Origin: a virus
Direction: 5' to 3' (one strand)
IMG/VR virus record: IMGVR_UViG_3300042894_002524
Coordinates: 1-64,000 of that record
Length of the DNA: 64,000 nucleotides
Shown here: in pieces, positions 1-7,849 of the stretch
Layout of the letters: each line of letters opens with the position of its first letter
Numbering within the stretch: position 1 is the stretch's first letter
Program-made: the position numbers and the translations under genes
Notes under the pieces: model-generated
Databases searched by the model: none
What the model saw: only the letters and a program-made list of their open reading frames with translations
Told to the model about the DNA's origin: nothing

Positions 1-2
1 TG

Positions 3-52
3 ACGCCATCTTGTTTAGGTTTACTTTTCGGATAAATTGAGTATGCGCTCAA
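3..52 (-). repeat. Dispersed 42-bp conserved motif, copy A, plus hairpin TTGAG-TATGCG-CTCAA
   Basis: Aligns without gaps to 8579-8620 and 15450-15491; 27/42 positions identical in all three copies. Confidence 0.8.
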
Positions 53-88
53 ATCTATGTGCCTTTCTTTATTTGTTTTTGGGTATAG

Positions 89-144
89 AAAAAGAGATTA
101 AGCATAGGAAGGAATATCCAGTAACGACCTATGCTTAATCTCTT
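89..144 (-). terminator. Intrinsic terminator-like hairpin directly 3' of tRNA-Arg
   Basis: Perfect 17-bp inverted repeat 92-108/128-144 with a 19-nt loop, running into a T-tract on the minus strand. Confidence 0.75.
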
Positions 145-146
145 AG

Positions 147-218
147 TGCTTCCATTAGGATTCGAACCTAAAATAACGGATTAGAAGTCCGTAGTTATAT
201 CCATTTAACTATAGAAGC
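147..218 (-). tRNA. tRNA-Arg, anticodon UCU; CCA not encoded
   Basis: Minus strand GCTTCTA...TGGAAGC-A acceptor stem; anticodon arm ACGGA-CTTCTAA-TCCGT; T-arm TTAGG-TTCGAAT-CCTAA. Confidence 0.95.
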
Positions 219-302
219 TGAATGACATATTGATTGATTTTATTCACACATATGTCAGGTATGAGGTTTTACGGTATCAATCAACCGTTACTTATCGCCT
301 AC

Positions 303-971
303 TTATGAGAGATGTTTATATTTCTCGTATTCAGCAATGAGATATTTCCTGTATTTGCTCATAAACTTATTGTAAACAGAATCTGTATATGGTCCAAAGT
401 AACCATCTACAAACTTAACGCCAATAAGTTTTTGTATACCAAATACATACTTACTTCTTTCGCCAAGATGATATTTGCGAAGAATTGTTTTTGCAGGGAA
501 TTTTTTAAACAACACAGGATTTCCAACATTCTTTTTACAACCCCAGCCTCCAAAGCCAACTGGTTGTCTAAAGAAAGGTCTATTCTTTTGTCTATCTTCA
601 AATGTTCTGAACTCATTTTTGGTTTGATATCCCTGAGTTGAGATTCTGTTTGCAACAATAATTTGTTCATCTATTGTTGCAAGTTCTGGTTTGGATGCGA
701 ATTCTTTTCCACCATATCCACTCCAAGTTTGTTTATAAATACCTAAACCACCTGACCATTGACCTTTATCTTTCCAATCGCCTCCGGTTTCACATTGAGC
801 CATTCTATGCCAATATATATCCAAAGCTCTTGGCTTTCCAAGTTCACTGAAAGTTAGTTGAGGTATTTCCGTAGGAACTGTATTAACTTTTGCCGAGGCA
901 TTAGTTGCAACAATTCCTGTAATTAATGTTGCACATAACAACATGTTTTTTATTTTATTTTTAGTTTTCAT
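303..971 (-). CDS. Secreted resuscitation-promoting factor (Rpf)-family lytic transglycosylase with a degenerate C-terminal peptidoglycan-binding domain
   Basis: Signal peptide; WHRMAQCETGGDW...GGLGI...TW..YGG...EQIIVA...WGC matches the Rpf domain with its catalytic Glu; C-terminal VDGYFGPYT resembles PG_binding_1; SD AAGGAG. Confidence 0.85.
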   Translation of the reverse strand: MKTKNKIKNMLLCATLITGIVATNASAKVNTVPTEIPQLTFSELGKPRALDIYWHRMAQCETGGDWKDKGQWSGGLGIYKQTWSGYGGKEFASKPELATIDEQIIVANRISTQGYQTKNEFRTFEDRQKNRPFFRQPVGFGGWGCKKNVGNPVLFKKFPAKTILRKYHLGERSKYVFGIQKLIGVKFVDGYFGPYTDSVYNKFMSKYRKYLIAEYEKYKHLS

Positions 972-1177
972 TTTCGCTCCTTAAAACTTTTGGTTTTACG
1001 GGAAATTGATTGTATCTACAAACACATCAATTACCCGTATTAGCGTATTGCTAAGGTTGCGAAACAAGATTACTGCAAATTTTATAATGCTACTTGTTCC
1101 ACAAATTATATGTCAATCTACATCACCTCCTTAAAAGTAATCTATCTATTATACCTTATAGGTAATAACAGGCACAA
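972..1177 (-). promoter_or_regulatory. Promoter and structured 5' leader of the Rpf gene, with a perfect SD and an 8-codon uORF
   Basis: TTGTGC-18-TATAAT (1172-1177/1148-1153); TAAGGAGGTGAT at 1122-1133; uORF 1090-1116; stems 1057-1068/1093-1104, 1040-1054 and 997-1039. Confidence 0.6.
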
Positions 1178-1182
1178 TCTTG

Positions 1183-1770
1183 TTAGTTATCTTCAGACGC
1201 AGCAAGGGCTTTAGCTTTTTCTGATTCTTCTTGTCTTTTTCTGGACCACTCTATCATTGCCACATCTGATGAGCATGGTTTACCAAATTCGTAAGTCTCA
1301 GAATTCTCATCTGAGTATTTAAGAATCATCTCTGCTCTTTGATAAATCATCTTACCATCCTTGAAAAGATATCTGTAATAATCTTCAGCCTCTTCACCTT
1401 TCCATTGGATATAGCTTCCGTCTTTAACATAACCGGCAAAGCAAGATAAGAAATAATCTTCTGATCCAGCTTTATCCCAATAACCAAGACCAACTAAGTT
1501 ACCATTTTCATCAAACTCTAATTCAAATCCCAATGCATCAAAAATTGATTTCATATCTGGACAGGTTTCAGGATAATCATAAGCCATCCATGAAAACCAT
1601 TTCTTGCTATTATATCTTTGACCTTCTACTTGCTTTTCATCTCCACCATAAGAACCTCCACGCTTTAGGTCATCATAGTCATTGATTTCGCACATTCTTT
1701 TATAAACATCATCAAAGTGTTCTTTGTCTAGGAAGATATTTACATCTTCTGTTCCGATATAGTATCCCAT
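1183..1770 (-). CDS. Hypothetical phage protein
   Basis: 195-aa ORF in the minus-strand run. Confidence 0.75.
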   Translation of the reverse strand: MGYYIGTEDVNIFLDKEHFDDVYKRMCEINDYDDLKRGGSYGGDEKQVEGQRYNSKKWFSWMAYDYPETCPDMKSIFDALGFELEFDENGNLVGLGYWDKAGSEDYFLSCFAGYVKDGSYIQWKGEEAEDYYRYLFKDGKMIYQRAEMILKYSDENSETYEFGKPCSSDVAMIEWSRKRQEESEKAKALAASEDN

Positions 1771-1787
1771 TTTATTTTATCTTTCTA

Positions 1788-2147
1788 TTATTCTGGATCT
1801 TTAAACATTTCACGAATAAGTTTATTCGCATATTCTGGTCTATTACCTAACATCTTGGCTAACTTAACCCTGTTGATGTTGTAATAATCTACATATTCTT
1901 TAATCATCTCTTCTTTTTCAATACCTCTTTCTTCTGATAACAGAACTATCATCATAAACATATGAACCATTGAACCAAAGATAACTCCCGGCATAAATGC
2001 TGGATTATCCATTGCTTCTGATTGGTAAGAGTCCATCAATTGAGATAGATTATCTTGACTGTTATCTGATACATGTGCATTAAATATTTGTAAAGCAAAG
2101 TCTGTGAATAGGTTATCTTTGTGTTCTTTAAAAGGGTCAATTCTCAT
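1788..2147 (-). CDS. Hypothetical protein (possible distant paralog of 6511-6879)
   Basis: 119-aa ORF; shares DNP...H..MM...EKE pattern. Confidence 0.7.
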   Translation of the reverse strand: MRIDPFKEHKDNLFTDFALQIFNAHVSDNSQDNLSQLMDSYQSEAMDNPAFMPGVIFGSMVHMFMMIVLLSEERGIEKEEMIKEYVDYYNINRVKLAKMLGNRPEYANKLIREMFKDPE

Positions 2148-2185
2148 TTTTTGTACCTATTCAATTTTATCACCTATTCGTATGA

Positions 2186-2407
2186 TTATCTCATTTTACC
2201 TAAGAGGTAGAAAAATACATCTGATTTAGCGTCATTATCAAGTTTCAATAAGAAAATTTTATTAGCCTCATCAATAAGTGTAGCTTTGAATTCAAAATCT
2301 GTTGAGAAAATCTCTAATAGAAATACGATTGACTCGCACCACTTATAGAAATCATTATCATCAAGATATCTTTTCCAAGTTTCCAATATAGGTGTTAAAT
2401 TTGCCAT
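2186..2407 (-). CDS. Hypothetical protein
   Basis: 73-aa ORF packed against neighbours. Confidence 0.6.
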   Translation of the reverse strand: MANLTPILETWKRYLDDNDFYKWCESIVFLLEIFSTDFEFKATLIDEANKIFLLKLDNDAKSDVFFYLLGKMR

Positions 2408-2798
2408 AGTAATTGTTGTGTCCTTTCTTGTGAACTGTTGTGTGACAATTATTACATAATAAGATTAGGTTTTTCAAATCATCTGCACCATTTTCAGATA
2501 CAGGAATAATGTGATGAACCTCTCTTTCTTTTTCTTTAATAAGATTCAGGCATAACTTGCAGCTATTCCCATCTCTCTCATATACTTTTTGCTTTAATTC
2601 AATTGGAACCCCGTGTCGGAATTTACCATTCTTAATTTTCTTCTGTTGTCTTTTGTAATTTGCATTGGTTACTTTTTGATCAATTACTTGAATACATTTT
2701 TGATTTCCACAGCATCGCTTTCTACGATAAACCTCAGTTTTATTCGAGCCAAATCTTTCTGAACAACCAGCGCAAAGGACTATTCTATCCTTCACCAT
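2361..2798 (-). CDS. HNH endonuclease with N-terminal Cys-rich region
   Basis: RDGNSCKLC...EVHHIIP...G.DDLKNLILLCNNCH; likely start MVKDR at 2798. Confidence 0.9.
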   Translation of the reverse strand: MVKDRIVLCAGCSERFGSNKTEVYRRKRCCGNQKCIQVIDQKVTNANYKRQQKKIKNGKFRHGVPIELKQKVYERDGNSCKLCLNLIKEKEREVHHIIPVSENGADDLKNLILLCNNCHTTVHKKGHNNYYGKFNTYIGNLEKIS

Positions 2799-3165
2799 CT
2801 TTTTCTTCCTTATAAATAATTTTAACTTCACCATCAGATTCAAGACGACCAAATACTTCTTCATAATTCATAACATCATCTGGCGTTTTACCGTCAGCTA
2901 ATAGTTGTGAAAAGTATCCAAAATTCTTTGTAATCTCTCTATAAGTTAGTGAGTTTGGATTGTAAAAATATTCTTTCACTAGTCCGGGATCTTTTTGCCT
3001 TGTTGAATATTCAAAGATTCTTGCAAACCAGTTATCAGGTTTAAACCCGAATACTCTTTCACAAATCCTATTGGCTTTAGACATCGCTTCCTGAACAGTA
3101 GATACATCTTCTACTTTTACAGGATAACGATATTCAACAATAAAATAGTTTTCAAATTTAGGCAT
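2785..3165 (-). CDS. Hypothetical protein
   Basis: 126-aa ORF coupled to neighbours. Confidence 0.7.
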   Translation of the reverse strand: MPKFENYFIVEYRYPVKVEDVSTVQEAMSKANRICERVFGFKPDNWFARIFEYSTRQKDPGLVKEYFYNPNSLTYREITKNFGYFSQLLADGKTPDDVMNYEEVFGRLESDGEVKIIYKEEKDGEG

Positions 3166-3281
3166 TACTTAATACTTCCACCTAACATTAAAGCAAAGAC
3201 AAAGCCTAGCGTAATAACTGCTAATACTGGGAAAGCAACAAATACCAATATGATACAAATAGCCCAAGTTAATTTATCCAT
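3165..3281 (-). CDS. Small membrane protein (38 aa, not in ORF track)
   Basis: MDKLTWAICIILVFVAFPVLAVITLGFVFALMLGGSIK; fills the gap exactly with TAATG overlaps. Confidence 0.65.
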   Translation of the reverse strand: MDKLTWAICIILVFVAFPVLAVITLGFVFALMLGGSIK

Positions 3282-4966
3282 TACAAAATCTCCTTTATGA
3301 TTTCGAATTCTCCGTTAATAGGAACATACAGGTATTGACCTGATTTATCAATGAAGCAAGTTCCTGATTTCTCAATCGCTGATTTGCTACATTCAATAAT
3401 GAAACTCAATCCTCCAATACCAAGGATTGTTTTGCCAAGAATTTCAGAATACTCTGAATTATAGTTAAGGTTGGATACTGAAGACATTTTACTGATGGCA
3501 ATATAGGCACCACCAAACTTCTTTTCAAGGATGTTTTGTTTGTAATGTTCAACCATCAATCCACCAATTCTTGTATCTGCAATATTCCTAAATTCTCTGC
3601 CAATCATATCGGCTGAATCACCAACATTAGTGCTGTAATGATCAAATTCATGAATCAGTGTGCCAACAAGTTCCTGAATTGTTCCATTCTTGGCGTGATA
3701 TTTCTCAATGACAATACGCTTTTTGTTATCACCAATACTCACACACATTCCCATTACACCTTCTTTTTTACTTTCAAACACGCCAATTTCATTCTGTAGG
3801 GGAATGATTCCGGTCTCAAAAGATGATGCAATTTCAATTGCTTCAAGCAAACGAGGATATCCACTAATATCGTCATCAATTTCATAATCAACTTGTTCAC
3901 CCAAGATGTCAAAAAGAGATTTGATTTCCATTGATGATAAAATATTGTAAGCTGTTTTATTAGCTACAACAATTGGTTGATATCCACGACTAATAACAGC
4001 CAAACGAAGAGAATCTGAATTTTGATCACCATTAAGCATCACAGCTTTTTCGGTATAAAGATTATTCCAAGTTTTCTGCCAAACTTCGTGAGAGACATCG
4101 CTTCCGTGATATTTGAAGTTTTGATTAGCCAAACGATTCAGTTCCCAAATACCACTATCTTCTGCTTTAGCTCCCACAAACTCAGAAATATATTCTTCAG
4201 CAATATCTGGATTAGTGACACTGCAAATCATTTTGGATACATTATAGTCAAGATCCCATAATGATTTAACACTTCGCTCTTCATTTAGTTCAAGACTATC
4301 AAACTGATAATCAAAAATGGAATTACTTGTTTCATCATGCTTTACAAGAACATTTAGTGTATAAAATCTAGATGTATTATCAAACTTATCGAGAAGCTTG
4401 CCAAAATAATTATCAAACAACACTTCACGCTTTACAGAAAAGTATGCATCATAATCATTAACAATCTTCATTAGACTAGGAGATGCTGTAATATAAACAG
4501 AGAATATACCTTCACGAGGCTCAAGTTTTTTCATTGATTCCGGATCATCTGTATCAACAGTAATAACAAAAATGTTATACCATCCATCCTCATTTACTGT
4601 TGCTCCATCCATTGCATTAGCAATGGGTTCGCGTAAAATTTGGAATGGGTCTTCCCAAGACATTACTCCTGCTTCAAGAGTAAAAGAAGATGATTTAATT
4701 TGATCTCCATACTTATAAGCAATACACTCAACCCCATCTTCTTCTTGAACAATGTATTCAAGAGTGAATGGACCATTATTATCATTTCCGGTAAAGAACC
4801 ATTCAAGTCCATTCCTTAGTGCAGCAATTGGTGCATATTTAATTCCAGAACCAAATTGACCAATAGTCTTAGCGTCATTCCTCTTAGTAGAAAAACCTAG
4901 CTTTTCTAAAGAGATACGACTTACGGTTTCAGCTTTATTTGAGATTACAATATAATCTTTTAACAT
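3281..4966 (-). CDS. GHKL-type ATPase (motif order permuted) fused to a C-terminal HExxH metallopeptidase-like region
   Basis: LGFSTK...IGQFGSGIKYA (G-box, aa 35-41) precedes LREPIANAMD (N-box, aa 111-120); LIHEFDH near the C-terminus. Confidence 0.7.
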   Translation of the reverse strand: MLKDYIVISNKAETVSRISLEKLGFSTKRNDAKTIGQFGSGIKYAPIAALRNGLEWFFTGNDNNGPFTLEYIVQEEDGVECIAYKYGDQIKSSSFTLEAGVMSWEDPFQILREPIANAMDGATVNEDGWYNIFVITVDTDDPESMKKLEPREGIFSVYITASPSLMKIVNDYDAYFSVKREVLFDNYFGKLLDKFDNTSRFYTLNVLVKHDETSNSIFDYQFDSLELNEERSVKSLWDLDYNVSKMICSVTNPDIAEEYISEFVGAKAEDSGIWELNRLANQNFKYHGSDVSHEVWQKTWNNLYTEKAVMLNGDQNSDSLRLAVISRGYQPIVVANKTAYNILSSMEIKSLFDILGEQVDYEIDDDISGYPRLLEAIEIASSFETGIIPLQNEIGVFESKKEGVMGMCVSIGDNKKRIVIEKYHAKNGTIQELVGTLIHEFDHYSTNVGDSADMIGREFRNIADTRIGGLMVEHYKQNILEKKFGGAYIAISKMSSVSNLNYNSEYSEILGKTILGIGGLSFIIECSKSAIEKSGTCFIDKSGQYLYVPINGEFEIIKEIL

Positions 4967-4983
4967 TTTAATTTCCTTTGTAG

Positions 4984-5011
4984 AAAGAGGGGGGAATTGC
5001 TTCCCCCCTCT
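4984..5011 (-). terminator. Intrinsic terminator-like hairpin
   Basis: 11-bp stem AGAGGGGGGAA/TTCCCCCCTCT, 4-nt loop, short T-run on minus. Confidence 0.7.
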
Positions 5012-5026
5012 GATTTGTCTTTTTGT

Positions 5027-5659
5027 TTAGTAACCGATATCGTTTTCACGAGTCCACGGTGTAACTTCTGGGATAACAACAGCATTAGTCTGTGTAATAA
5101 TTTGTTGAGCTTTTTCATATTCAACATGGGCTGCATAACGCTCAAGATCAGCTTTGAATGTATCAAACATAAGGGGTTTGAGTTCTTCAATAACAGACTC
5201 TCTGATTTCTTCAGCCATTTTTTTCTTTTCAAGCCTTTCCAATGCTTTTGCAATATGTGCAACAAAATCATTATCTTTTAACAAAAGATAGCGAATAGCA
5301 TCTTCAATTGCGCCAGTAAAAGCTTGACCAGTGCTACAACTTGCTAATGGGCTATAGTTTTCAAGAAGGCTTCTGGCTTCACTTTCAGCATCAATTTCAA
5401 AATCGTCAGTATCGATGTAGTCTTTAAAATTAATATCTGAAAGAGCATCGGGTAATGCATTAGATACTTTACTATCAAAATCTAAGTTATAATCAATCCA
5501 TTGGTCAATGATTCCATCAAAATCATATGTTTCAATACGATTATCAATAATCTCAGACATATCAATATGATCTTGAATATCAATACTTCCAACTACTTTT
5601 TGAGCAAGCTTTTCGATAGCTTCATCATCTATTCCCATTGTTACATTTATATTTTCCAT
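5027..5659 (-). CDS. Acidic hypothetical protein with degenerate internal repeats and a C-terminal coiled coil
   Basis: 210 aa; Asp/Ile-rich N-terminal half; SD AAGGA. Confidence 0.75.
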   Translation of the reverse strand: MENINVTMGIDDEAIEKLAQKVVGSIDIQDHIDMSEIIDNRIETYDFDGIIDQWIDYNLDFDSKVSNALPDALSDINFKDYIDTDDFEIDAESEARSLLENYSPLASCSTGQAFTGAIEDAIRYLLLKDNDFVAHIAKALERLEKKKMAEEIRESVIEELKPLMFDTFKADLERYAAHVEYEKAQQIITQTNAVVIPEVTPWTRENDIGY

Positions 5660-5670
5660 TTTATTTTCCT

Positions 5671-6027
5671 TTAATTTCTTTCTAATTCTGCTCGTTCTTC
5701 AGCGTATTGCCAAAGATAACTATTTTTTTCTACTTTAACCTGTGCGTGGTCAAACCAATCTGAGAAATGATATTCAACATCAATAACTTCTCCATCATCT
5801 TCATCAACTTTAATTTCAATCCAATCTGCTGGACCTCCAGTTGAGAATAGGACTTTGATTATTTTGAATGTTTCAATTGATAAAGGAAGATTAATATATT
5901 CTTCCAACCCCTCTTCATTCAGTTCTGGGTCTTCAAATTGATTTATCTTATCATAAAGCTCCTCTAATGTTTCATTCATAGATTGCATTTGCTTTGCAAT
6001 CCTTTCTGAACAAGTTGGACTACTCAT
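5671..6027 (-). CDS. Conserved-type hypothetical phage protein
   Basis: LFSTGGPADWI...YHFSDWFD pattern seen in small phage proteins. Confidence 0.75.
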   Translation of the reverse strand: MSSPTCSERIAKQMQSMNETLEELYDKINQFEDPELNEEGLEEYINLPLSIETFKIIKVLFSTGGPADWIEIKVDEDDGEVIDVEYHFSDWFDHAQVKVEKNSYLWQYAEERAELERN

Positions 6028-6163
6028 TTCCTTCTTCTTTCTTTTGTTTATCTGTTTGTTTATTGTCTATTGATTTAGTTACGAATACCGGAACATGTAA
6101 TATATCCCGTACATCCTTGTTTGTTATTTTACCTTCAAAATTAAGATTCATATCATCAGGCAT
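6020..6163 (-). CDS. Small hypothetical protein (47 aa, not in ORF track)
   Basis: MPDDMNLNFEGK...; fills the gap between WhiB and 5671-6027. Confidence 0.5.
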   Translation of the reverse strand: MPDDMNLNFEGKITNKDVRDILHVPVFVTKSIDNKQTDKQKKEEGNE

Positions 6164-6509
6164 TATTACCCTCCACGAATATTGTATTTTTGAATGCATC
6201 TTTTACTTGCAATACTGTTTTATTAACCATTGCTTCTGCTTGTGCTTTTGTTATTTCATTGGTTTTCAAATGATTTCGGATTGATGCTCTTTCTTTAGAA
6301 GAAAAAGAACCCCAAACCCCAAACCTTTCATCATTGTTAATCGAATACTGTAAGCAATCAGCAACAACAGGACAGCTTTTACAAAATGTTTTTGCTTTGG
6401 CTATGATCTTTTTTGTTTCTGCTGTATAAACAGTATCGGCATAGAATAAATGTGCTCCTTGTCCTAAACAAGCAGCTTCATCTAACCAATTAATTGTAAT
6501 TGTTGACAT
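6156..6509 (-). CDS. whiB: WhiB-family Fe-S transcription factor
   Basis: WLDEAAC...LF...AKTFCKSCPVVADCLQY...FGVWGS...ER; four Cys; likely start MSTIT at 6509. Confidence 0.92.
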   Translation of the reverse strand: MSTITINWLDEAACLGQGAHLFYADTVYTAETKKIIAKAKTFCKSCPVVADCLQYSINNDERFGVWGSFSSKERASIRNHLKTNEITKAQAEAMVNKTVLQVKDAFKNTIFVEGNNA

Positions 6510-6510
6510 A

Positions 6511-6879
6511 TTAATTATCCCAGATTGGAATATTTGGACCATCATCTATCATTGGTTTAATAACTGAATTATCATAACCGGATAAATACATTTCTTTTTC
6601 ACCATTGATTGTCATCATCATCATACAAATATGAGAACATAATGCACTAACAACATCTAACGATTTCTCGTGGATTTCATTAGGGTTATCAATTGACATA
6701 TTGATCATATGCATAATAAAAGATGCACGACTTTCGTGATTATCAAAATCAGTTTCTTTGATGATTCTCGTAATCGTCATCATATGGTTTAGAAAATCTT
6801 GGTCTTCAATCATATAATCTGGAGCCTCCTTTCTTTCACTAGGTTTTTGTATATTATCAAAATCATCCATACTGAACAT
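6511..6879 (-). CDS. Hypothetical protein
   Basis: 122-aa Met-rich ORF. Confidence 0.7.
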   Translation of the reverse strand: MFSMDDFDNIQKPSERKEAPDYMIEDQDFLNHMMTITRIIKETDFDNHESRASFIMHMINMSIDNPNEIHEKSLDVVSALCSHICMMMMTINGEKEMYLSGYDNSVIKPMIDDGPNIPIWDN

Positions 6880-6883
6880 TTAT

Positions 6884-7387
6884 TTAGTACCAAACTCCTG
6901 AGCCTTCGCCATAATTTCCTACAAACTTTAACCACCACGCTGCATAAAGCCAGTCGTTAATTAAGTTTTCTCTTTCTTCTACCATTTCAGTAGCACCTTT
7001 TGTATCTACATAGTGAATCCATGATTCAGTAAAATTAACCATAACTTCTGACATAGTTTGGCATTCATCTTCTGATATACCTCCCTGTTTTTCTTCATTA
7101 TAATCAATATCTCCATAAAATCCATCTTCATCGTATGGGAATTCCGGATTATGATTTCTCATTTTAGAAAGTAAGTTATTACCATACTTTCCTCTATACC
7201 AACAATCAGTTCCAAACATTCCATATATTGAACGCATGTCTTTAGTTAATGGATCACTTTCTTTTTCTCTTTTATATGGACATTGATTGGCTTTTTGAGT
7301 TGCTTCACAATCAATTCTTCCATCATCTAGAATGGCTGTTTTTTCCTTTACGCAAGGATAAACATTTGGCATATTATCTAGACCCAT
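6884..7387 (-). CDS. Hypothetical phage protein
   Basis: 167 aa; MGLD start and WY end, a pattern common in phage hypotheticals. Confidence 0.75.
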   Translation of the reverse strand: MGLDNMPNVYPCVKEKTAILDDGRIDCEATQKANQCPYKREKESDPLTKDMRSIYGMFGTDCWYRGKYGNNLLSKMRNHNPEFPYDEDGFYGDIDYNEEKQGGISEDECQTMSEVMVNFTESWIHYVDTKGATEMVEERENLINDWLYAAWWLKFVGNYGEGSGVWY

Positions 7388-7818
7388 TATTCAACCAGAC
7401 TTTCCAATGCCAATGCCAATGAACCAGTTGCTTGATTGAAATCATAAATAACTTCTTCATCATCGTCAAATTTAAGACAGCTTCCGATTACTTCTTTGTT
7501 TAGAATATCTAAACTTACAAACAAACATACACGCCTACGATTTGGGTGTTGACTTGGCGCACCTTCAACTTCACCATTAGCACCTAATGGGGCTGCCCAA
7601 CCAGTTGTTCTAACGGATACAAAATCATTTACTAGATATGTTTTATCTTGGTGTAGAGTATCAATCATTTCGTAAATATCCTCTCCTTTGGTTATAATCT
7701 TGCTAATAAGATTGTTGTCCTTATCTTTTGTAATACCATAAGCAATTGCTTCTTTTGTATCATCTTTTCCATAAAGCAAATTAAAGATTGCTTCTAGTTT
7801 TTCTTGTGCTGTTTCCAT
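7387..7818 (-). CDS. Hypothetical phage protein
   Basis: 143 aa; TTGWAAPL...PSQHPNRRRV. Confidence 0.75.
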   Translation of the reverse strand: METAQEKLEAIFNLLYGKDDTKEAIAYGITKDKDNNLISKIITKGEDIYEMIDTLHQDKTYLVNDFVSVRTTGWAAPLGANGEVEGAPSQHPNRRRVCLFVSLDILNKEVIGSCLKFDDDEEVIYDFNQATGSLALALESLVE

Positions 7819-7849
7819 TATTGTTTTTCCTTTTATTGTTGTTTTGTTG

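Noticed and set aside
89-146. tRNA-associated HDV-like (theta) ribozyme
   Set aside because: The sequence 3' of the tRNA is a simple perfect hairpin with a T-run, with no nested double pseudoknot.
972-1140. Canonical c-di-AMP (ydaO) riboswitch upstream of rpf
   Set aside because: I could not find the conserved ydaO sequence blocks, so it is reported only as an unassigned structured leader pending an Rfam search.
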